Assembly (NCBI GenBank): GCA_963785725.1
Contig: CAWAWS010000003.1
Coordinates: 448,001-512,000 of the forward strand
Direction of reading: 5' to 3'
DNA: 64,000 nucleotides
From: an uncultured delta proteobacterium
GTDB taxonomy: Bacteria; Myxococcota_A; Polyangia; Palsa-1104
Shown here: positions 1 to 10,815 of the stretch, piece by piece
Layout: each line of letters begins with the position of its first letter
Position numbering within the stretch: the first letter of the stretch is position 1
The notes under the pieces: generated by a model
What the model was told of the DNA's origin: nothing
The model's database searches: none
What the model saw: only the letters and a program-made list of their open reading frames with translations
Translations under genes and position numbers: made by a program

Positions 1-67
1 TTCCCGAGCTGGAGTGGCACCCAACGACCGAGAGCAATAGAACCAGCAGCAAATTCTTCGACGGCAT
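1..67 (-). CDS. Lipoprotein, N-terminal part only (continues beyond the left edge of the window)
   Basis: Reverse complement from the ATG at 67 reads MPSKNLLLVLLLSVVGCHSSSG, a hydrophobic signal plus lipobox-like VVGC. Confidence 0.6.
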   Translation of the reverse strand, partial: MPSKNLLLVLLLSVVGCHSSSG

Positions 68-536
68 GGCTGCACTCTAACCCACGTCGCTGGTCGGCGA
101 CTCATCCTCGCGATCAACATTTCTTGGACCGATAGGGAATTCACGCGCGGAATCACGCTCCCGCGCGGCGTCGTACGCTCTCGAACGAACGCTCGCGCTC
201 GTGGACTCATCGCAACCTAGTCAGCGCGATATCCGTCTCCGACGAGGGACTGGCGGTTTGCGCAGACAGGCGCACGTACAACGACACCGGCGACAAGACC
301 TACACGAAGTCCGCACGCTTCGACACGAAGAGACCTCTCTTTCATTCAGGTCGAAGTGTTCAGGTTCAAATCGGACATTCCGCCATTTGGCGCGTGCGCT
401 TCTTCATTACGAGCCGCTCGCCTACTCGGACACGCAGCGTCATCTCGACGCCAACATGTATCGTCGTGCCACGCTCCGGCTGGGATGTGAGGCGCGGCCT
501 ATCATCGACACTGTCTACTGAACGCGTATGGGCGCG

Positions 537-1331
537 CTACTGAGGCGCGGCGGGCGGCGCGAGCTGGTAGCGCTGGGACCAGGCCTGCGCGCCGTCGAGC
601 CCGAGGCGCTCCAGGCGCGGCAGCACCGCGCGCTCGATCGTGCGATAGAAGACCTCGACGCGCAGCTCGGGCGCGAGCATGCCGAGCTCGGACAGGGCCG
701 GCGCGAATGGCTCTCCGGCCTCCAACCGCCGCAGCGCGGGCGCGGCGACCGACTGCTCCAGGTCGGCCAGCCCGCGGCGCAGCTCGCCGCCGAGCCACTC
801 GCGCTCGCCGGCGAACGCCGGGAGCACGCGCGCCAGCGCCGACCAGCCGAAGCGAGCGTGGCCTACCTCGTCACGCAGGATGTTGCCGAGCACGGTGCGC
901 GTCAGCGGCTCGCGCGCGCCGCGCCGTCCGGTCGCGAACAGCGCCGCCGATACCGTCTCGCCGATGGCGACTTCGATCAACAGCAGCGCGAGGAGGCGGC
1001 GGCGCGGCTCCGGCAGCCCGGCGAGGCGGCGCGCGACCGGCGCGCGATCGTGGGTGACGACCGCAGCGCCCAGCGCCACGCCTGCGTCGCGGCACAGCCG
1101 GGCATGGCGCAGCTCCTCGCGCGCGATCCGCGCGGCGTCGGCCGCGAGCGGCGCGAAGGCTGCGCCCAGCCGCCGCGCGGCGTCGCGCAGCGCCCGAAAG
1201 ACGAGCGCCGAGCGCAGCTCCTGCGCGCACTTCATCGGCCACGCGCGCGCGGCGAGCTGCGCCAGGCGCGGCTCGTAGCCGCCCAGCGCCGGCCGTGGCA
1301 ACGCGATCGACTCCGGTCGCGGCGCGCGCAT
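537..1331 (-). CDS. Ferritin-like (diiron carboxylate) domain protein
   Basis: Motifs ELRSA, EELRHARLC, IGETVSA and DEVGHARFGW (two ExxH); start placed at the ATG at 1331, 1 nt after the upstream stop. Confidence 0.8.
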   Translation of the reverse strand: MRAPRPESIALPRPALGGYEPRLAQLAARAWPMKCAQELRSALVFRALRDAARRLGAAFAPLAADAARIAREELRHARLCRDAGVALGAAVVTHDRAPVARRLAGLPEPRRRLLALLLIEVAIGETVSAALFATGRRGAREPLTRTVLGNILRDEVGHARFGWSALARVLPAFAGEREWLGGELRRGLADLEQSVAAPALRRLEAGEPFAPALSELGMLAPELRVEVFYRTIERAVLPRLERLGLDGAQAWSQRYQLAPPAAPQ

Positions 1332-1332
1332 G

Positions 1333-1626
1333 CTAGTCTTGCGTCGCGCCGTCCGTGACGGCACCGTCGCCGGCATCGGACGCGGCGTCGGCCGCGTCGG
1401 GCGGGCCCTGATCGAGCGGCACGCAGTACCCGGGCGCGTCGTCGCTGGGAGGCCCGCTGTAGGTCCAGCGTTCGCCGTTGGCCTCGCACTGGCTGACCTT
1501 GCACCGCTCGCCCTCGGGCGCGAGACAGCAGGGGTCGGGGTTGGCGTTGCAGCAGTTCTGGCAGTTGGCGAGCGCGACCGTGCCGCCGGCCAGGACGAGC
1601 TGCTGCAGGCGCTGCTTCCATCCCAT
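1333..1626 (-). CDS. Small Cys-rich secreted protein or peptide (97 aa), possible precursor or lipoprotein
   Basis: MGWKQRLQQLVLAGGTVALANCQNCCNANPDPCC... with a D/A/G-rich tail; abuts the ferritin-like gene. Confidence 0.65.
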   Translation of the reverse strand: MGWKQRLQQLVLAGGTVALANCQNCCNANPDPCCLAPEGERCKVSQCEANGERWTYSGPPSDDAPGYCVPLDQGPPDAADAASDAGDGAVTDGATQD

Positions 1627-1910
1627 CCCGCCAACGTATCCGACCTGCGGCCTCGGCGCAGTGTCGCTGCTCACAGGCGGCCGATCACCGGGACCTGTTG
1701 GCAGCAGCCACGCGCGCGATACAGATCCGGCATCCGCCATCAAGAAAGGCATCGAGCCCACAAGTGAACGAATACGCCGTCTAGGTTTACTTTTTTCGTG
1801 CCCACGCGGTCTCGCCTATCGGGAAGTCATTGCGGACCCGCGCTTCGTGCGATCCGACAGGATGACGGCGACCCATTCCCAAAGAAGAGGCTAAGTGAAG
1901 GAGTCCGAGA

Positions 1911-2918
1911 ATGTGTCACTTGAGCTCATGCAAGGACAAGGACGAGAAATGCACCAAGAAACATTCGGCATGTTTCGCCTGCTACACTGTTTGCATCGGG
2001 CCGGCAAAGGAACCGGGTCCTCACGAGTTCAGCCCGGAGGTCAAAGAATTCTTCGAGAAGAATAGACCGGGTTGGGTCCAGCCGGCGGGGGGATGGGCTC
2101 CATCGGAATCGGGTTGGGTCCAAGCGGGCTGGGTCCGATCGGATGGTCCCACGTCAATGGCCAGCCAATGGGTTGACGATGACACTATCAAGCAACCTCT
2201 TTCAAACTTGGAGAAGAGGTTGGTGTTGATGCTCAAAAATGGGGCTCTCCTTGCGGCCGACCTACCGAAAGACACCCCGGCCATGAAGATCGCCCTCGAG
2301 CGCACAGGAAAAGCTCCGGTGGTAGGGTTGGCTCCGACGCCCGTACCCAACATGCCCGGCGTCCGAGTTTGGGTAAGCAACGCGACTGAGATTCTCCCGG
2401 CTACCGGCATGGCGTCCGAGCCGCACCCGGACGATCCCAATCGGGTGAATGACTATCACTGGAGCTCGACGACCGTGTACATCCGGTTTCGAACCGAAGG
2501 GAAACTGTCGAATGCCGGTGCGGGATACTGGCTGGCGCCGTCCCTGAGTCATCTCGTCACGTCAGTTTACGTGGGGCTTGCGTTCTCCGATCTGACACAG
2601 GATGACTCCGTCGACATCGGTCTCATCAAGGGAGAACGCACGTGTATTACGATGCCTTGTTGCTACAGCGCCAATGTCGCTCCGAACGTCAAGACTTGGT
2701 CTTGCAAGAAAGGGAACATCGACTACTGGTCCGTTCCCAAGCTGTCCTTTCGTCTCGGCGACGTCGGCGTCGGGCACCCGGAGTGGGTAAAAGCCACGAA
2801 GAACGGCGTCGGAATGAACTCGCTGTCCCAGGGTGCGGGCGTGGGCCACAATCGACTCTTGGTCATCATGACGGAGCTCTTGACCACACAAATCCTGCGA
2901 CTGATTAACCAGCTCTAG
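1911..2918 (+). CDS. Hypothetical protein with Cys-rich N-terminus and GWVQ repeats; lower GC than its surroundings
   Basis: 335-aa ORF with AAGGAG Shine-Dalgarno 7 nt upstream; atypical codon usage. Confidence 0.6.
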   Translation: MCHLSSCKDKDEKCTKKHSACFACYTVCIGPAKEPGPHEFSPEVKEFFEKNRPGWVQPAGGWAPSESGWVQAGWVRSDGPTSMASQWVDDDTIKQPLSNLEKRLVLMLKNGALLAADLPKDTPAMKIALERTGKAPVVGLAPTPVPNMPGVRVWVSNATEILPATGMASEPHPDDPNRVNDYHWSSTTVYIRFRTEGKLSNAGAGYWLAPSLSHLVTSVYVGLAFSDLTQDDSVDIGLIKGERTCITMPCCYSANVAPNVKTWSCKKGNIDYWSVPKLSFRLGDVGVGHPEWVKATKNGVGMNSLSQGAGVGHNRLLVIMTELLTTQILRLINQL

Positions 2919-3319
2919 TCGCTGAAGATACATTCAAGATACGGGGCGACCGTATATCCCGAGCTCCACTCGCGACCTAAAGCACTCGACATGAATCGCA
3001 GAGTATTGATTAGCGGGGACACCGGTCGCGCAGCCCACCGATATCGACTAAATCCAAGCTGACATGCAGTCGATCTGTCGTTAGTCGGCGGGTTGCACGA
3101 GAGACCACGATCCCGCTCGGCCGATGAGGGGGGCACCGGCCGAGCGGGCGAGGTCTCGTCCGCTGAGGGGCATCAGCAGACACTTCAGCCGGTGAGGAGC
3201 ATCACCGTCCGAAGGGCGAGCTCTTGCTACTTCCAAAGCAAACGTTGCGACGACATCCGCGGATAACCAGCTCGTGAAACTGTCCGACCAACAATGAGAC
3301 GTTACGAGCTACGTCTCGT

Positions 3320-6300
3320 TTAGAACGACAGACGAACACCGAATCGCAGCGACAGCGGCGCCTGGTACGACGTCGCGCGACCATAGTTCGGGTTGAGCGT
3401 CACGTTGCCGCCGGTGGTCGTCTTCAGGTTCACGAGGTCGGCAACCGTACCGCCGACGATCGGACGAACCGCCGACGTCGTGTACTGCTCGTCGACCGTC
3501 GCGATCGCCTGCTGGTCGAACAAGTTGAAGATGTCGCCGTACGCCTCGAACGTGAAGATCTTCGAAATCTGGCGGCGATACTGCATGTGCAGGTCGAACT
3601 GCGTGGTGAAGGGCGTACGACCGCCCGAGCCACGCGGCAGGATGTAGCTCTCGTCCGGGCCGTAGGAGGCGTGGCTGCCGAGGACTTCGATCGGGCTCCC
3701 CGACAAGCCGTTGAACGCGAGACCGAGGACGACCGTGTTGTCGCCGAACGGCAAGAAGTACGAGCCGAGCAGCTTGATGTTGTGCGGATGGTCGTTCGGC
3801 AGCGGGCCGTTACGATTGATGAGCAGCTCGCGCAAGTCGTACTGCGTCGAGATGTTCGGGTCGAGCTGGCCGTTCGACGCCTGGAAGAGGCCGGGGTAAT
3901 TGCCGACCGTGCGCGAGTACGTGTACGACGCCAGCACCGTGAAGTTGTGTGACAGGCGCTTCTGGGCCGTGAGGACCATGGCGTCGTAGTTACGCGTCGG
4001 CTTCGGGAAGCCCGAGCCGACGTTCTTGTACTCGGCGAGCTGCTGCTGGAGGTTGGCGCGCGGGCAGCCGGGCCCACCGAGGCTGCTGCAGGTCGACGGA
4101 TCGGGCGCCGTGGCGCTGATCTTGTTCTCGAGCTTCTTGACTTCGCCCTCGTCGACGCCGCTGCCGGGGTTGGCAACGAGGTAGGTGTTGCCGCCGTCCG
4201 GCGAGACGTCCTCGATGATGCGGCCGAGGTCGCGGTGGATGTACGTCGCGCCGAGGACCATGTCGAGACCCACGTCGTACTGCACGCCGGCGACGACTTC
4301 TTCCGAGAACTGGCCCTTCAAGTCCGGCGCCACGATGCCGTTGGTGCCGCCCGAGATGCGATTGTTGCCGACGGTCGGCTGCGCGCAGCTCGCCGGGTTC
4401 AGCCGGGGATTCGCCGGGTAACCCGCGCACTGAACCGAATACTGAGTGATGACGCCTTCGCCGCCGAACTCGCGGTCATTGATGTCGAGCGGGATCGACT
4501 CGTAGAAGCGGCCGTAGCTGGCGAAGATCTTCGAGCGGCCCTTACGCGTCCAGTCGTAGATGGCGCCGACGCGCGGCGCCCAGTTATCCCAGATGCCGAT
4601 GAACGTCTTGCCCGTCGAGTCCTGCGCCTGCTGACCTTCCCAGCGAACGCCGGCGTTGACGGTCAAGCCGGGGACGAAGCCGACGTTATACGAGTCGCGC
4701 AGATAGGCGCCGTAGTTGAGCGTCTTCGTCGTCGGCGCGAGGCCGCCCGGCAACAGCATACCGGCGCCGTCGCCGCCGTTGGCCGCGATCTTGCGCGCGT
4801 ACTCGCGGAAGATCTCAGGGTTCGAATCGTCGGGCGTGATGGTGTAGAAGGCGCCGCCCGTGTAGTCGCGAGCGTCCTTGTAGATGTTGTCTTCGAAGTC
4901 GGCGCCGAGCTTCACCGCGTGCGTGCCGCCGAGGCGCGCAAAGTACGTCGCCGAGGCCGCCGCCGAGATGCGCTGATTGGTCGTGTGCGCGATGAAGCCG
5001 AGGCCGCCGTCCTGATAATTGAGGACCGGGCAGGGATTGAAGCTCGCCGTCGCGTTGCAAGGCGTAACGGTCGGCTCGAAGAACGACAACGACTCCGCCT
5101 GCTGATACAGAACGCCCGACTGCTGGCCGGCGGCCGGCGTCGTCGTGCGCGCGTCTTCGTAGTGGTAACCGACGAGCACATCGACCTGCAGGCGGCGATC
5201 GAGCAGCTTCGACACGAAGTGCAGCTGCGCGTCGTGCGTATTGTCGAACACTTTTTCGAGGAGCGCGCCGACCGAGCCGTTGAGCGTGCCGAGCGCGCCT
5301 TCGTTCGTCGACGGGCTGCCGATGTACTGGATGCTCAAGCTGTTGTTGGCGTTGAGCTGGAAGTTGAACTTCGCGATCCAGTTGTAGAGGCGCTTGTCGG
5401 TCTCGTAGCTGTGGCTGTATTGGCTGCCGAGGTTCTGCTCGACGTAGCCGGGCGACGTGCACAGACGCTTATCGAGGTACGCCGGGCAGGAGATGTTCGG
5501 GTCGAGATCGCCGGCATACTGGCCGGCGAAGCCCGCCGGAACGTCATTGTCCGTGCGGACCCGCAGCGCGCGCGTCGTCTCGAAGCTGGTGAACGTCGGC
5601 GCGAAGCCCACGTAGAACCAGACCTTGTCCTTGACGAGAGGACCGCCCAAGTCGAAGCCGAAGTCGAGGCCGTACTTCTCCTTCGTGCGGCTGACGATCG
5701 CCTCTCCCGAGCGCCCGACAGTGTTCGCCTGCAGCTGCAGCGGCGTCGCGTAGAGCCACAGACCGCCGTGGAACTGGTTCGAGCCCGACTTGGTGATGAC
5801 GTTGACGACGCCGCCCGTGGCGCGGCCGTACTCGGCGTTGTAACCGCCGGTGATGAGCTCGGTCTCGCCGACGAACTCGAGGGTCAGCTGCGTACCGACG
5901 AGGCCGAAGGCCGGGTTGGTCGAGTTGACGCCGTCGATGAGGTAGTTGTTCTCGGGACCGGTCGCGCCCGAGAAGCTGATGCTGGCGCCTTTGCCGATGC
6001 CGGCTTCGCCGGTACCCTGAGCGGCGCCCGGCGCCAACGCCATGATCGCGTCGTACGTACGACCCTGAACCGGCGTGTTGCGCAAGAGCTCGCTCGTAAC
6101 CGTGGTCTGCTGCTGCGTGTTACCAACGTCGACGATCGGCGCCGTCTCGACGACGACGTAGGTCTTCATCGCCGCGTTCTGCGTCGGGAACGTGATGTTG
6201 ACCGGCAGCGTCTTATCGGACTGCAGGAAGATGCCGGGGCGCTCGACGTGGATGTCCGAGAAATAGAAGCGAACGAGGTACTCGCCGGGCGGCAGCTGCG

Positions 6301-6541
6301 TGATGATGTAGTGGCCGCCCTCGTCGGTGAACTCGGTCTGCTCACCTTGCAAGGCCGGCGAGGTCACGGTGACGGTGACGCCGGCGAGCTTCTTGCCGGT
6401 CGCTTGATCGGTGACGACGCCCTCGATGTTGCCGGTCACGTCTGCGTGCGCCGTCGCGGGGACGAGCAAGAACCCCAAAAGCGCAGGCAACGCCCACGCG
6501 AGCAGGCGGGTCTTCTTGATGGACGAGGCGTTCATTTGCAC
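3320..6541 (-). CDS. Oar-like TonB-dependent receptor with N-terminal carboxypeptidase regulatory-like domain
   Basis: Signal peptide (AHA|D), GNIEGVVTD domain, plug motif ENNYLIDG...TGGYNAEYGRATGGVVNVITKSGSN, C-terminal RFGVRLSF. Confidence 0.92.
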   Translation of the reverse strand: MQMNASSIKKTRLLAWALPALLGFLLVPATAHADVTGNIEGVVTDQATGKKLAGVTVTVTSPALQGEQTEFTDEGGHYIITQLPPGEYLVRFYFSDIHVERPGIFLQSDKTLPVNITFPTQNAAMKTYVVVETAPIVDVGNTQQQTTVTSELLRNTPVQGRTYDAIMALAPGAAQGTGEAGIGKGASISFSGATGPENNYLIDGVNSTNPAFGLVGTQLTLEFVGETELITGGYNAEYGRATGGVVNVITKSGSNQFHGGLWLYATPLQLQANTVGRSGEAIVSRTKEKYGLDFGFDLGGPLVKDKVWFYVGFAPTFTSFETTRALRVRTDNDVPAGFAGQYAGDLDPNISCPAYLDKRLCTSPGYVEQNLGSQYSHSYETDKRLYNWIAKFNFQLNANNSLSIQYIGSPSTNEGALGTLNGSVGALLEKVFDNTHDAQLHFVSKLLDRRLQVDVLVGYHYEDARTTTPAAGQQSGVLYQQAESLSFFEPTVTPCNATASFNPCPVLNYQDGGLGFIAHTTNQRISAAASATYFARLGGTHAVKLGADFEDNIYKDARDYTGGAFYTITPDDSNPEIFREYARKIAANGGDGAGMLLPGGLAPTTKTLNYGAYLRDSYNVGFVPGLTVNAGVRWEGQQAQDSTGKTFIGIWDNWAPRVGAIYDWTRKGRSKIFASYGRFYESIPLDINDREFGGEGVITQYSVQCAGYPANPRLNPASCAQPTVGNNRISGGTNGIVAPDLKGQFSEEVVAGVQYDVGLDMVLGATYIHRDLGRIIEDVSPDGGNTYLVANPGSGVDEGEVKKLENKISATAPDPSTCSSLGGPGCPRANLQQQLAEYKNVGSGFPKPTRNYDAMVLTAQKRLSHNFTVLASYTYSRTVGNYPGLFQASNGQLDPNISTQYDLRELLINRNGPLPNDHPHNIKLLGSYFLPFGDNTVVLGLAFNGLSGSPIEVLGSHASYGPDESYILPRGSGGRTPFTTQFDLHMQYRRQISKIFTFEAYGDIFNLFDQQAIATVDEQYTTSAVRPIVGGTVADLVNLKTTTGGNVTLNPNYGRATSYQAPLSLRFGVRLSF

Positions 6542-7770
6542 TGCTCCGGGGTGACGTGGTTCGCGACCGCAATCGGGTCCATCGTCGGGTCGGTCGTGTC
6601 AGGCGAGGTAACGGTGAAGATGATCGGGTCCGACGGCGGAGCCGAGACGCCGCCGCCGAGGCCCTTGGCGGTCGAGATCACGAGCGAGTAGCTCCCAGCC
6701 GGCCAATCGGCAGGAACGCGCGCCGCGCCGGTGCCGCTCGTGTAAACGAGGTCGAGGACGGTCGCGTTCAGTGCGGCCGAGCAGTCCGCGGCCACCGGCG
6801 ACGCGCCGCGATCGGCGTACGCTTCGAGGCTGGCGACGTTGAAGCCGGCCGGGCCCTTCGACGCCGTCGGGTCGAAGACGACCGTCGTCTCGTCGACGTT
6901 CTCCCAGTATGCGTACTGCACGACGTCGTTCGGCGCGATCGTCGTCGGCGACGCAGCGGCCGAGGTGAAGGTGACGCAGCTGCCGCCCGGGCCCGTGCAC
7001 GCTCCGACTGCGACGTTGAAGCCTTCGTTCGCCGTCAGATCTTCGGTGGTGAACTTGAAGTCGGTCGGATCGGCGAGCGGCACGCCGGCCGTGTCCGTCG
7101 CCGCCAGCCCCTGCTCGCTCTTCAACAGCGCCGGGTGGATGCGAATCGTATAGGTCGTGCTCGGGTTGAGGAGGAGCCCACCGGTCACGATCGCCGGACC
7201 GAACGGAACCCAAATGACGTCCGACGTAAACGTCGTCGCGCCACTGTTGTCCCAGAACGCCGTGATCGGGAAGTCGGTGCCATCCGGCTTGAGGAGCTCG
7301 AGAATCCCCGAGTGCAAAGCGTTGGTCTGGTTCGGCAGCTGCGCGCCATTGGCGTCGACATTCGTCGTCTCGATACTCGGATCGAGCTGCTTGTTGAAGA
7401 CGACGCGAATCGCGGTGTTGCCGCCGCTAAGGGGTACGCCGGCGCTCGTGACCTTGAGCGGATCGACGCAGAAGCCGTCAGAATGGCAGGTCAGATCGGG
7501 GATGGTCTGCGCGATCAAGAACTCGGTGACGCAGGGATTGTTGACCGCGCACGCGACGGGCGGCGTGTTGTCGAGCAGGTCGACGATGGCGGCCCGCTGT
7601 GGCCCATATCCCTGGAAGTAGTCGAGATCCTGGATGGTCAGACGCGTGAGCTGCGGTGCGCCCGCTGGCGCTTTGGATTGGCCGTACGACAGGTCGGAGC
7701 AGCCCGACCCTGCCGTCAGCGACGCGGTCATTAACGTTAATAGTGAGATAGTTCCGAACTGCATGCGCAT
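6532..7770 (-). CDS. Lipoprotein with Ig-like (Big_5-like) domain, co-transcribed with the TBDR
   Basis: Lipobox-like GSGC; IRVVFNKQLDP...YTIRI...FKFTT Ig-like signature; overlaps the TBDR start. Confidence 0.75.
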   Translation of the reverse strand: MRMQFGTISLLTLMTASLTAGSGCSDLSYGQSKAPAGAPQLTRLTIQDLDYFQGYGPQRAAIVDLLDNTPPVACAVNNPCVTEFLIAQTIPDLTCHSDGFCVDPLKVTSAGVPLSGGNTAIRVVFNKQLDPSIETTNVDANGAQLPNQTNALHSGILELLKPDGTDFPITAFWDNSGATTFTSDVIWVPFGPAIVTGGLLLNPSTTYTIRIHPALLKSEQGLAATDTAGVPLADPTDFKFTTEDLTANEGFNVAVGACTGPGGSCVTFTSAAASPTTIAPNDVVQYAYWENVDETTVVFDPTASKGPAGFNVASLEAYADRGASPVAADCSAALNATVLDLVYTSGTGAARVPADWPAGSYSLVISTAKGLGGGVSAPPSDPIIFTVTSPDTTDPTMDPIAVANHVTPEQCK

Positions 7771-8967
7771 GCTAGCTCCTTAGTCCTTGGGCAATCGAAT
7801 CCCGTCGCCGTGGCCGCCTGCCACGGACGCGCGTGGCGCCCGCTCTCCGATCACGTCTCGACCGGCTGCGTATTCGCCACTCGAACGCATCGACGGCTTG
7901 CCCGCTGGCTGCCACTCGCTGCGTTCTCTTTTCGATCAGTCTCTTTATAAGAGACCGATCAGGTTCATCTTCGGCACACCCTGGGTATGCGCCCGCTCAT
8001 GCCACTGGTGATGCGCCAGTCTTCAACGACAGCTCACCAATGACCCTCGTTGGAGAAGCCCCCAAAGCTCGCACAGGCCTAAGCCGGCAACGCTTGTTGC
8101 GTCACCGCGTCGCCGCGCGGATTGAGCGTCGTTCGCGCGCTCAAAGGCGGCTTCACGGCGAGCGCTATCGTCGCTATAGGGAAACATCAACTCGGCGAAG
8201 TAGCGGTTGCCATCAAAGTGGCCGGCCGGACGCCGAGAACGCGAGAATGGTTCAACGCGTAACGCGCCGACAGAATCGAACGTATTGGGCGACGCGGCGC
8301 CGACCAGATCAGCCACTGAACGAGTCGTCGGCGCCGCAGTAGCGCATTGAGGTCGCGCATCAAAGTCTCAGATCCTTGTCGAGGTCGCCGCGCCGACTTG
8401 CAAAGCTGCTCGCACTGTCGCGATCGCTCTGCCGGACACGACGATGCGGACCGGCGCCGTCGGTGTCGAATAGGCGGCTTCAGGTTGCAGCGTTACATCC
8501 GCCGGCTGAGAGAAGAGCTGCGTCATCGTTGCCCGGTTGACTAGACACCCTGTCGCGCAAAAGGCGGCAAACGTTCTCATGCGCGAGGTCGCGCGCCTTC
8601 TCTGCGCGGACAGTCACCGTCACCGCGTGTCCCGTCGCTACGTCAGACGCGGGCTCTTCGGGCGGCCCCGATCTATCCAGGATCGCGATCGGTGAGCGGC
8701 TGTCGAAACAAGCGGCAGAGCGCGATGAGGAGCCGTCGCTCCGTGCCCACTACGACGCGCATCCCGACGGACGCGAACGAGCTGCTGCGTAGGTCGCGCC
8801 TGCCGACGTATCTCGACGGACGTAGCGGGGGCACGTGACTCCGTAGATGACGTCGCCGGCCAGTATGTGGACTTGGTGGCTACACTGGCGCGGCTAACGC
8901 CGCTCTCCATGCGGTTCCTGCGTGGAATGGAACTTGCGATCTGCCACACACGAAGGAGCAACTCCTC

Positions 8968-10305
8968 GTGTCCAAAAGCCACCCGCTATCGAAGCTGTCC
9001 TCGCGTCTTTTCTGGCCCGCTGCCCTGGCACTGACGCTGGCCGCCTGTCCCGCGCCAAAGTCGGTGCCGGCACTGCCGGCACATCTCGTTGTCGACGACG
9101 CCGTGTACCTGTTCGACACGGTGATGGGCCCTCCCGCGCAGCATCAATTCAAGCTCACCAACGACGGCGGCAGTACATCCGCGACGCTCACGACCTCATT
9201 GACGGGTGCCGTGACCAACTTTGCCGTCGTCGCGGATAACTGTCAGGGAACGAGGCTGGGAGCGACCGGGAGCTGCCTGGTCACGGTCGCGCTCAGCTCG
9301 CCCACGAGCGGCTCGTTCATGGGTGAGCTCCACGTCTCCGATGGCAACAGTACGGCCGACGCGCTCATGTCCGGTACGGTCGCGCCGGCGTCGCTGGTCG
9401 TGACAAGCAGCAGCGCGGGCAGCGTCCCCGCCGGCTCGACGACGCCGGCCGCCGTCTACACCGTGCGCAACGCGGGCGGCGCGACTTCGGGCGCGCTCTC
9501 CGTGTCGGTCTCGCCGGGCCAGATGACCCTCGACAACTGCTCCGGCACCGAGCTGGCCGGCGGCGCCACGTGCACCTTTAGTGCTGATGCCAGCACCGCA
9601 ATCAACGACAGCGGCTCCGTGACGATAACCGGCTCGGCCACCGGTTCACCCGGCGGCGCGGCTTCCGCTGAAGTTACCTTCGCGATTGTTCCCGCGGCTA
9701 CGTTGCAAGTCACCAGCGTCGACTTTGGCAGCGCCGATCCCTCGTTTGCATACGCAGGTGTCACGGTCACCAATCCCGGAACCGCTCCCACCGGCCCGCT
9801 CAGTGTCGCCGTCGCGGGTTCCGGTACGCCGGCCACGAACGGCGCTGCGTTCATCAACTACACCGCCAATGGCAGTGATATGTGCAGTGGCGTCTCACTG
9901 GATGCAGGCCAGAGCTGCAAAATTCTGATCGAACCGGCCAGGGATGTCGCCGAGAGCGGCGGCGTGTACAGTGGAACGGTCAGCGTCAGCAGCCCTGCGA
10001 CCCATCCCGGCTCGGGAACGATCACGCTGACGACGATTCTCAATCACATCGACATTGGCCTGAGCTTCGCTGGAGCTGGCAACGGCAGCATTCAGGCACT
10101 GGGCAGCACGTTCTGCTCGACTAGCCAGGGTACTCCCACTTGCGGCACGAGCATGGAGAACGGAACTAGCCTCGCTTTCACTGCGGTACCCGCAGCCGGC
10201 TCGGTCTTCGGTGGCTGGACTGGCGCCTGCACCGGAACGTCGCCGTCGTGCACCATCACTGCTGCCAACAACGTCAACGTCACCCTCCAAGCGACGTTCA
10301 ACTAA
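8968..10305 (+). CDS. Lipoprotein with choice-of-anchor-D/Ig-like repeats and a C-terminal divergent InlB B-repeat-like domain
   Basis: LAAC lipobox; repeated F..TN.G...DNC.G..L..G.SC units; C-terminal FGGWTGACTG...C. Confidence 0.75.
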   Translation: MSKSHPLSKLSSRLFWPAALALTLAACPAPKSVPALPAHLVVDDAVYLFDTVMGPPAQHQFKLTNDGGSTSATLTTSLTGAVTNFAVVADNCQGTRLGATGSCLVTVALSSPTSGSFMGELHVSDGNSTADALMSGTVAPASLVVTSSSAGSVPAGSTTPAAVYTVRNAGGATSGALSVSVSPGQMTLDNCSGTELAGGATCTFSADASTAINDSGSVTITGSATGSPGGAASAEVTFAIVPAATLQVTSVDFGSADPSFAYAGVTVTNPGTAPTGPLSVAVAGSGTPATNGAAFINYTANGSDMCSGVSLDAGQSCKILIEPARDVAESGGVYSGTVSVSSPATHPGSGTITLTTILNHIDIGLSFAGAGNGSIQALGSTFCSTSQGTPTCGTSMENGTSLAFTAVPAAGSVFGGWTGACTGTSPSCTITAANNVNVTLQATFN

Positions 10306-10815
10306 GCCAGCACCTCGCCGCCTTTGCCGATAATGCTTGTAGGGGCTGCGGGTTCGCGACAGCTCTCGTACGCCCACTAATCGAATCCGTCTTATTAAGA
10401 TGCGTCTCGTCGAATGGCTTCCGCCATCGCTCCGCACACCACGAGCGACTTGACCACCATCAGCCCGTCGCAGCCTTGGCTCGCCGTCTTTTGTCTCATT
10501 GCCGAGACAGTCCACGCCGGCCACTTGCTGCCGACGCCTGTTCTATGAGCTACGCGTGAGCACTGATTCGAATCGCTTCAAATCGCTGTGAATAGAGACG
10601 ACCTCTCAATCGTATAAGACACGCGACAGCGGAGTGCGCTCTCCATGATATCGCGTGTGGCCTATCTAGCTACTTTGGAATGGCGAAGAGGCTCCGCTGT
10701 TACGGCGACGGAGGGCAGCGATTGCCGGGCACGTCATGACCATCGCCGGCTCAGTCCCCACGGCGCGCGCGACGTCGCCTTGCGCGCGCCCTCGTGATCC
10801 CAATAGCGACGGAAT

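Noticed and set aside
4235..6691. 818-aa plus-strand ORF and similar long antisense ORFs (e.g. 34059-36335, 59448-61172)
   Set aside because: Antisense to clearly recognisable genes; expected in high-GC DNA
7787..8960. Short ORFs or ncRNA in the long intergenic region
   Set aside because: No codon bias, tRNA cloverleaf or riboswitch signature seen; probably divergent promoter DNA
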